Source of the DNA: Candidatus Methylomirabilia bacterium
Lineage (GTDB): Bacteria > Methylomirabilota > Methylomirabilia > Rokubacteriales > CSP1-6
Assembly (NCBI GenBank): GCA_041496385.1
Contig: JBGQEL010000034.1
Span: forward strand, 1 to 38,535
Direction of reading: 5' to 3'
DNA length: 38,535 nucleotides
In this document: piece after piece, positions 32,577-38,535 of the stretch
Numbering within the stretch: the stretch's first letter is position 1
How the letters are laid out: every line of letters begins with the position of its first letter
The notes under the pieces: generated by a model
Seen by the model: only the letters and a program-made list of their open reading frames with translations
Database searches by the model: none
Told to the model about the DNA's origin: nothing
Program-made: the position numbers and the translations under genes

Positions 32577-33824
32577 CTAGAAGCTGGGCGTCGGCACGCG
32601 ACCCCAGCCGCTGCCCGACGGGATGTCGACGACCTGCAAAACCTCGCCCGTGTGGAGATGGACGTCGACGAAGAACCGAGGCTCGCGCCGGACATTGATC
32701 CCAAAGTCGTCGGCCGCAGACATCAGTGGGCCCGCCTGAGAGACAGCATCGAGAAAGATGATGCGGCGCCTCATGCCCGGACTGTCGTGGAGCGTCACGC
32801 GCCCAGGCGCCGGCATGGCGTGGGCATGGCCCTCCGTGAGGTGCGAGAAGGGATGAATGACGTACTCCGTGATCATCGCGACCGTCTTGTGCTGGTCGAA
32901 CAGCCGCCACTCCGGCCCCGTATCGGCGATCATGCCCTGCATCGTGTAATCCACCGGGATGACGTACGCGAGGAGCCGATGCCCATCTTGCTCCCCCGAC
33001 CGCGTCCTCGTAGTGACCGCCGGGTCTTCAAGTACGTGCGGGAGCAGACCGCGCGCCGCGGCCAAGTCCTCGGCGGTGATGGCGATTGCGTCCACGCCGT
33101 CGATGGAGGCAAGCGGAAGGTGGTGGATGGTATAGCTTCGCAGCGCGAAGCCACCGCCTACCAGCAAGACGAGAAGGACGGCGAGCATTCCGAGCGCCCT
33201 GCTCCTGCTCACCCGGTACAACGCGACATCTTCCTCGGGAAGGCGCGCCACGGCAAACCGCGGCAGGAACATCCCGGTGCGGCTCATGTAGTCGCGGTAG
33301 CTCTTGCCGTATCGGCCGAGCATCCGCCGCTCCTCGTCCTTGGCAAGCAGGTAGTACAGAAACAGCATCACGGCGAGAAGCACGAGCGACAGGAAGCGTG
33401 GCCACAGAATCGCGAGCCCGATACCGGACACCGCCAGGGAGAGATACTGCGGATGACGAACGAAGGCATAGCCACCCTTGCTGGCCACGCCAGTCTTCCA
33501 GAGCTTCCCCGCGTACACCTGACTCGCGCACACGAGAAACCCGAGGAGGCCGAGCACGAAGAAGACCGAGCCGAGCACTCGAATGGCGGCAAGCACACCG
33601 TTCGGCGGAACGATCATGTGAGGAAGGAAGAAGGCCGTGAGCCAGCGGGTGAACGGCGTCGTCCCGAGGACCAGTAGCACGGGATTGAAAACCGCGTAGA
33701 AGAACAGCGCGAAGGGGCTGATCATGATGAGGACTTCGAGCGTCACGATGAACGCCAGCACGATGGCGCCCTTGGCCGCGAGCGGCCCCGCCGCTGTGGG
33801 TTGCGACTTCGTCCTGGTGGTCAT
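32577..33824 (-). CDS. Membrane protein: ICMT/PEMT-like methyltransferase domain plus C-terminal extracytoplasmic domain
   Basis: GGYAFVRHPQY...KDEERRM...YRDY...MFLP, followed by a TM and a soluble domain. Confidence 0.8.
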   Translation of the reverse strand: MTTRTKSQPTAAGPLAAKGAIVLAFIVTLEVLIMISPFALFFYAVFNPVLLVLGTTPFTRWLTAFFLPHMIVPPNGVLAAIRVLGSVFFVLGLLGFLVCASQVYAGKLWKTGVASKGGYAFVRHPQYLSLAVSGIGLAILWPRFLSLVLLAVMLFLYYLLAKDEERRMLGRYGKSYRDYMSRTGMFLPRFAVARLPEEDVALYRVSRSRALGMLAVLLVLLVGGGFALRSYTIHHLPLASIDGVDAIAITAEDLAAARGLLPHVLEDPAVTTRTRSGEQDGHRLLAYVIPVDYTMQGMIADTGPEWRLFDQHKTVAMITEYVIHPFSHLTEGHAHAMPAPGRVTLHDSPGMRRRIIFLDAVSQAGPLMSAADDFGINVRREPRFFVDVHLHTGEVLQVVDIPSGSGWGRVPTPSF

Positions 33825-33850
33825 CTCCTCTATCCTCCCGACTTAGGGAC

Positions 33851-33894
33851 AGTATGGAGAGACCGAGCGGACCGAATCTATGACCTAGGTCACA
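33851..33894 (-). promoter_or_regulatory. CRP/FNR-family box TGTGACCTAGGTCATA, 22 nt upstream of CATACT
   Basis: Twin of 31294-31337. It overlaps the stop codon of the upstream gene fragment. Confidence 0.75.
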
Positions 33895-34530
33895 GCCTCA
33901 ACCACCCGCGCTGGAGCCCGTACCAGAGGGCGAGCCCGCCGAGATAGGCGGCGCCCATGTTCCACAAGGCGACGCCTGCCGTGAAGGCCATGACATAGCG
34001 ATCAGCCTTCTCAAGGCTGGTCGGACGAACGCCGGCCGCGAGCTCGAGACCGCCGAACATCAGGATGACGCCGAGCAATGCGGGCGGAAAGAGGTTGAAG
34101 AGCGTGCCGACGGAGTCGGCGAAGAAGAGGCCGACAACGAGAACGAGGACGCCGAGAATGACCAGGGAGCCACCTGTCCTGGCGCCGAACCTGACGTGGC
34201 CGGCCATACCACCCGCGCCGTGGCACATCGGCACGCCACCGATGGAAGTTCCGATGAGGTTCATCACGCCGTGGTCGATCGCGACACCTCGGACAGTGAT
34301 CGGGCGGTCGGGGAAGAGATGATTCAGCGCTAGTTCCGGGAAGTGGAACCGGAACGACACCGCGCTCAGTTCTGTAAGCAGCTGCGGCTCTCGCACAAGG
34401 ACGACGACGAGCCGCCCCAGGAGCCACGAGGTGTTGTGCCCCTCGGGAAACCCCGTGAAGTACAGCCCCAGGATATCGAGCGCCACACCGCCGACCGCCC
34501 CGCCAGTGTCGAGCTCGTGCCGTTCCCCAT
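33890..34530 (-). pseudogene. Sulfate/molybdate (MOT1-like) transporter fragment, 5' part deleted
   Basis: C-terminal PMCHGAGGMAGHVRFGARTGG motif is intact. The N-terminal half is absent and there is no credible in-frame start. Confidence 0.72.
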
Positions 34531-34621
34531 GGTCACACCTCCAGTTTGGAGACTGTGCGCAGAGGGGCTGGTCTGCGATGTACATTTGGGCCACGCAGCC
34601 GGACCTTCAGATAGGAGGCCT

Positions 34622-34891
34622 ATGAAAATGCGATGGACGATGATCTGTGCTCTTGCGCTGTTGTTGACCGCCTGCGTCGTGGTACCGGGGCCGGTCCCAG
34701 GCATCGTGATTGACCAGGCTGACCCGTACTACTACTCGCCCTCGTACTGCGTCGGCTGCTGGTACGGTCAATGGGGCGGACGCGTCGGCTACCACCGGGG
34801 CGGCGGGCGCCCGTGGGAGCGCCCGCACGGCGAGGCGGACCACCACAGCGAAAATCGCGGGCGCGACACCATGCACGAAGGACACCGGTGA
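34622..34891 (+). CDS. Small putative lipoprotein (CxxC, His-rich tail)
   Basis: AGGAGG RBS, lipobox LTAC, YCVGCWY, HGEADHH...MHEGHR. Confidence 0.7.
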   Translation: MKMRWTMICALALLLTACVVVPGPVPGIVIDQADPYYYSPSYCVGCWYGQWGGRVGYHRGGGRPWERPHGEADHHSENRGRDTMHEGHR

Positions 34892-34954
34892 GGCCGCTCG
34901 GAGAGCAGATCGACGACAGCGCCGGGTGGGTTTCCGAGTAAACGCTCAGAGCAA

Positions 34955-34988
34955 ATCGGCCACCTCCAGTGCTCCGGAGGTGGCCGAT
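34955..34988 (-). terminator. 13-bp-stem terminator of the tRNA operon
   Basis: ATCGGCCACCTCC-N8-GGAGGTGGCCGAT, 5 nt beyond the tRNA-Lys CCA. Confidence 0.8.
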
Positions 34989-34993
34989 CGTGT

Positions 34994-35069
<76 letters not shown>

Positions 35070-35088
35070 AACACCTGCCGACCTCGAG

Positions 35089-35165
<77 letters not shown>

Positions 35166-35185
35166 CTGCCACGAACCTCCTTGGG

Positions 35186-35263
35186 TGGGGTGACCGAGGG
35201 GAATCGAACCCCCAACCCCCGGCTCCACAGGCCAGTGCTCTAACCAATTGAGCTACGGTCACC
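35186..35263 (-). tRNA. tRNA-His (GTG) with encoded G-1
   Basis: GGTGACCGTAGCTCAATTGG, anticodon loop CTGTGGA, GTTCGATTCC, CCA. Confidence 0.96.
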
Positions 35264-35295
35264 ACGCGGCGACGCGAGGATCAATCTTACCGAAA

Positions 35296-36096
35296 CTACG
35301 TCCCCTCGTCCATCTCCCGGGGCGACGGCCCGCCGTCGATCACGATCGTCTCGCCGGTCATCCACGAGGAGGCGTCGGAGGCCAGGAAGACGCAGGGATA
35401 GGCGATCTCGTGCACCTTGCCCCAGCGCCCCATGCCCACCCGGTTGGCCACCATGTCGTACGTCTTCTTGCCGTCGGGGCCGGCCTGCTTGAGCACGTCC
35501 AGGTAGCCCTCCGTCTCGACCGGCCCCGGGGCGATGCAGTTCACGCGGATGCCCTTGCGCCCCCACGCCGTCCCCAGCTCGCGCGTCAGCGTGATGACGG
35601 CCGACTTGGCGGCGCCGTAATGCGACATCATCGTCGAGCCGTACACGCCGGCGATGGACGAGATGTTGACGATGACGCCGCCGGTGGCCTGCTGCATCAT
35701 CTGCCGGCCCGCCCACTTGCAGCCGAGGAACACGCCGTTGAGGTTGATCTGGATCACGGTGTTCCAGCCGTTGACCGAGATGTCCTCGGGCTTGGCGCGG
35801 AAGGACGCGCCGGCGTTGTTGACCATGATGTCCAGGTGGCCCCACTCGGCCACCGCCCGCTCGACGATGGCCTTGACCTGCTCTTCCTGGCGGACGTCCA
35901 CCGCCATCGCGAAGGCGCGGCGGCCGAGGTCCCGCACGGCCTTCTCGACCGGCTCCAGGTGCTCCAGCTTGCGGCTGCACAGGGCCACGTCGGCGCCGGC
36001 GCGGGCGAACTCGATCGCGATGGACTTGCCGATGCCGGTGCCGCCGCCGGTGACGATGGCGGTCTTGCCCTCGAGCGAGAACGCGTTCTTGGCCAT
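35296..36096 (-). CDS. SDR family oxidoreductase
   Basis: TGGGTGIG, VNNAG, YGAAK, IRVNCIAPG. Confidence 0.95.
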   Translation of the reverse strand: MAKNAFSLEGKTAIVTGGGTGIGKSIAIEFARAGADVALCSRKLEHLEPVEKAVRDLGRRAFAMAVDVRQEEQVKAIVERAVAEWGHLDIMVNNAGASFRAKPEDISVNGWNTVIQINLNGVFLGCKWAGRQMMQQATGGVIVNISSIAGVYGSTMMSHYGAAKSAVITLTRELGTAWGRKGIRVNCIAPGPVETEGYLDVLKQAGPDGKKTYDMVANRVGMGRWGKVHEIAYPCVFLASDASSWMTGETIVIDGGPSPREMDEGT

Positions 36097-36128
36097 GGCG
36101 GGACGATACCCCAGCGGGCCGCGCCCGT

Positions 36129-36587
36129 CTACTGCGGCAGGGCGATCTCGTCCTGGCGGGCCGGCACCTCGCGCTCGATGCGCCGCCACACTGCGGCCGG
36201 CGAGAACGAGGAGCCGTTGCTCTGCGCGCAGACCTGCAGCTTGTCGAGGAGCGCCCCCGCCTGCTCGAGGCGGCGGCGCGGCGCCTTGGCGGTGCGGCGG
36301 ACGTCGGCGTCGCCGGTGCGGGTGGCCTCGTACCAGGCCTGCTCGAGGTGGGCCACCAGCAGCACGATCCGCTCGATCTCGCCGTCGAGGTAGGCCGACC
36401 ACTCCCGGGCGGAGGCGAAGCGGGGGCAGTCCGCGCTCATCACGTCGTCGAAATGGCGCGAGAGCTGGGTCACTTCCCGGAGGTGATGCTCCATCCGCGC
36501 CCGCGCTTCCGGCGCGGGACGCTCGTCGCGCGCCCACACCGGGGCGGCCAGGGTGACGAGCAGGACTCCGACGAGCGCCGCGCGCAT
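36129..36587 (-). CDS. Secreted helical hypothetical protein
   Basis: Signal peptide MRAALVGVLLVTLAAPVWA, two Cys. Confidence 0.75.
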   Translation of the reverse strand: MRAALVGVLLVTLAAPVWARDERPAPEARARMEHHLREVTQLSRHFDDVMSADCPRFASAREWSAYLDGEIERIVLLVAHLEQAWYEATRTGDADVRRTAKAPRRRLEQAGALLDKLQVCAQSNGSSFSPAAVWRRIEREVPARQDEIALPQ

Positions 36588-36647
36588 CGAATCCAGTATA
36601 GAGGCCTCTGCTATGATCCCGAACACACTCGGCCCAAGGAGGGTCTC

Positions 36648-37817
36648 ATGCTGAAGCGCTGGTGGTCGCTGCTCCTCGTCGCTCTCGTCGTCGGCGCGCT
36701 GGCGCCGGCCGGCTTCGCCCAGGCGCCCGTCAAGATCGGGGTCATCCAGCCGCTGTCGGGCTCGGTGGCGGCCTCCGGCAACTACGTGCGGATGGGCGCC
36801 GAGATCGCGCGTGACTGGCTCAACGCCAAGGGCGGCATCGGCGGCCGCAAGGTCGAGCTGATCATCGAGGACAACAAGTCCGACCCCAAGGAGGCCGCCA
36901 GCGCCGCCGAGAAGCTGATCGTGCGCGACAAGGTGCCGGCCATCATGGGCGCGTGGGGCTCGTCCATGACGCTGGCGGCGATGCCGAAGCTGGAGGAGTA
37001 CGGCGTGCCGATGGTCGTGGAGACGTCCAGCGCCGGCAACATCACCAAGAGCGGCAACCCGTGGATCTTCCGCATCAGCCCGCCCAGCTCGATGGAAGCG
37101 CTGGGGATGGAGCAGTACGTGGACAAGCTCGGCATCAAGCGCGCCGACTTCCTGGCCGTCAACACCGACTGGGGACGCGGCGCCGCCGGCGCGTTCGGCG
37201 ACATGCTCAAGAAGAAGGGCGCCGCGATCGGCGCCGCCGAGTTCATGGAGCAGTCGGCCACCGACATGAACGCGCAGATCACCAAGATCAAGGGAACCGG
37301 CGGCGACACGCTGTTCCTCACGACCGCCGTCGAGCAGATCACGCTCGTGCTCAAGCAGGGGCAGGAGCAGCGGCTGGTGCGCAAGATCATCACCACCGGC
37401 GGCTCGTCCTCGCCCAGCCAGCTCATCAAGCAGGCCGGCGCCGCCGCCGAGGGCAGCTACCACATCGTCTTCTTCATGCCGTGGTTCCCCGAGGCGATGC
37501 CCGATCCCAAGCTGGCCAAGGCGTTCGTGGACGAGTGGGCCAAGCGCGGCCATCCCTTCGAGGGGCTCACCGAGGGGTTCCGCGGCCACGACGGCATCGC
37601 CACCATCGCCGAGGCGATCCGCGTCGCCGGCAAGGACGATCCCAAGGCGGTGCGCGACGCGCTGTGGAAGGTGAGCCTCATGGGCGTCAACGGGCCGATC
37701 AAGTTCGACAAGGAGGGGCCGGCCGGCAAGGAGAGCGGCCAGTCCAAGCCGTCGATCTTCGTCGTGCAGATCAAGGACGGAAAGGTCGCGCTGCCGGACT
37801 TCCTGGCCAAGAAGTAG
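36648..37817 (+). CDS. Branched-chain amino acid-type ABC substrate-binding protein
   Basis: Signal peptide, VKIGVIQPLSG, IGGRKVELIIED, GVNGPIKFD. Confidence 0.93.
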   Translation: MLKRWWSLLLVALVVGALAPAGFAQAPVKIGVIQPLSGSVAASGNYVRMGAEIARDWLNAKGGIGGRKVELIIEDNKSDPKEAASAAEKLIVRDKVPAIMGAWGSSMTLAAMPKLEEYGVPMVVETSSAGNITKSGNPWIFRISPPSSMEALGMEQYVDKLGIKRADFLAVNTDWGRGAAGAFGDMLKKKGAAIGAAEFMEQSATDMNAQITKIKGTGGDTLFLTTAVEQITLVLKQGQEQRLVRKIITTGGSSSPSQLIKQAGAAAEGSYHIVFFMPWFPEAMPDPKLAKAFVDEWAKRGHPFEGLTEGFRGHDGIATIAEAIRVAGKDDPKAVRDALWKVSLMGVNGPIKFDKEGPAGKESGQSKPSIFVVQIKDGKVALPDFLAKK

Positions 37818-37818
37818 T

Positions 37819-38535
37819 TTGGACGCGCTCCTGCAGCACCTGGTGAACGGCCTGGTGCTGGGCGGCACCTACGCGCTGCTCGGCATCGGCCTCACCTTGA
37901 TCTTCGGGCTGATGAACCTCGTGAACTTCGCCCACGGCGAGTTCTACACGCTGGGCGCCTACACGACGTTCGCGGCGCTGACGCTGGCCGGGTCGAATTT
38001 CTTCCTGGCCGTCGGCGCCGCGCTCGTCGTGGGGGCGGCGGCGGGCGCGCTGTGCGAGCGACTCCTGTTGGCGCCGCTGCGCGGCGAGTCGATCGACACC
38101 ACCATGCTGGTCATGATCGGCCTCTGGATCGCCCTGCAGAACGCCGAGCTGCTCGGCTGGGGCGGCGCGGCCAAATCCATCCCGCATCCGTTCCCGACGG
38201 CGCCGCTCACGCTGGGACCGGTCGGCATCGCGCCGCTGCGCCTCTTCGTCATGCTCACCGCGGCGGCGCTGATCGCGCTCTCGTGGCTGCTCATCCACCG
38301 CACGCGGCTGGGGCGCGCGATGCGGGCGACCTTCCAGGATCGCGAGACGGCGGCGCTCATGGGCGTGCGGATCGGGCGGATCCACACGGTCACGTTCGCC
38401 TTCGGCTCGGCGCTGGCGGCGGCGGCGGGCGCCCTGCTCGGGCCGGTCTTCCTCGCCTATCCCTCGATGGGCGACCTCGCCTCGCTCAAGGCGTTCTCCG
38501 TCGTCATCCTGGGCGGCCTCGGCAATCTGGTGGGC
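37819..38535 (+). CDS. Branched-chain amino acid ABC permease, LivH-like (runs off the window)
   Basis: TTG start: MDALLQHLVNGLVLGGTYALLGIGLTLIFG..NFAHGEF...RLGRAMRA. Confidence 0.92.
   Translation, partial: MDALLQHLVNGLVLGGTYALLGIGLTLIFGLMNLVNFAHGEFYTLGAYTTFAALTLAGSNFFLAVGAALVVGAAAGALCERLLLAPLRGESIDTTMLVMIGLWIALQNAELLGWGGAAKSIPHPFPTAPLTLGPVGIAPLRLFVMLTAAALIALSWLLIHRTRLGRAMRATFQDRETAALMGVRIGRIHTVTFAFGSALAAAAGALLGPVFLAYPSMGDLASLKAFSVVILGGLGNLVG

Noticed and set aside
34540..34592. Possible third CRP-type promoter (TCGCA...TCTCCAAACTG)
   Set aside because: Only one half-site, and the spacing is 25 nt instead of 22.

Overview
High-GC bacterial DNA; the gene style resembles Candidatus Rokubacteria/Methylomirabilota, which is an inference only. 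There is no CRISPR array, rRNA or integrase/transposase. From left to right: (i) cupin, SufT/DUF59 and a His-rich membrane protein; (ii) an ECF42-type sigma factor divergent from a translationally coupled yciI-MFS-doxX-BNR propeller-moaD/thiS operon, which has a matching ECF42 promoter; (iii) an RHH-like regulator, a fatty-acid desaturase and a MuF-motif protein, divergent from an RRM RNA-binding protein; (iv) a long minus-strand operon headed by a GntR regulator and containing an intact 2.8-kaa cyclic beta-1,2-glucan synthase; (v) an ftsH operon divergent from a groES/groEL pair; (vi) an ~11.5-kb accessory, decaying region next to a tRNA-His/Arg/Lys cluster, with a HAMP class III cyclase, MacAB-like exporter, periplasmic His/Met-rich and Spy-like proteins, a split chrA and several internally deleted genes; (vii) core-like SDR and branched-chain ABC genes. 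The best lead is a 22-bp palindrome (CTGTACTA-N6-TAGTACAG) that occurs as 40-bp-spaced tandem sites at both the gntR-cgs promoter and the ftsH/groESL divergent promoter. This points to one GntR regulon linking chaperone/protease quality control with cyclic glucan synthesis. The second lead is two identically spaced CRP-box promoters in the same accessory region as a cyclase that has the guanylyl-cyclase-type Glu.
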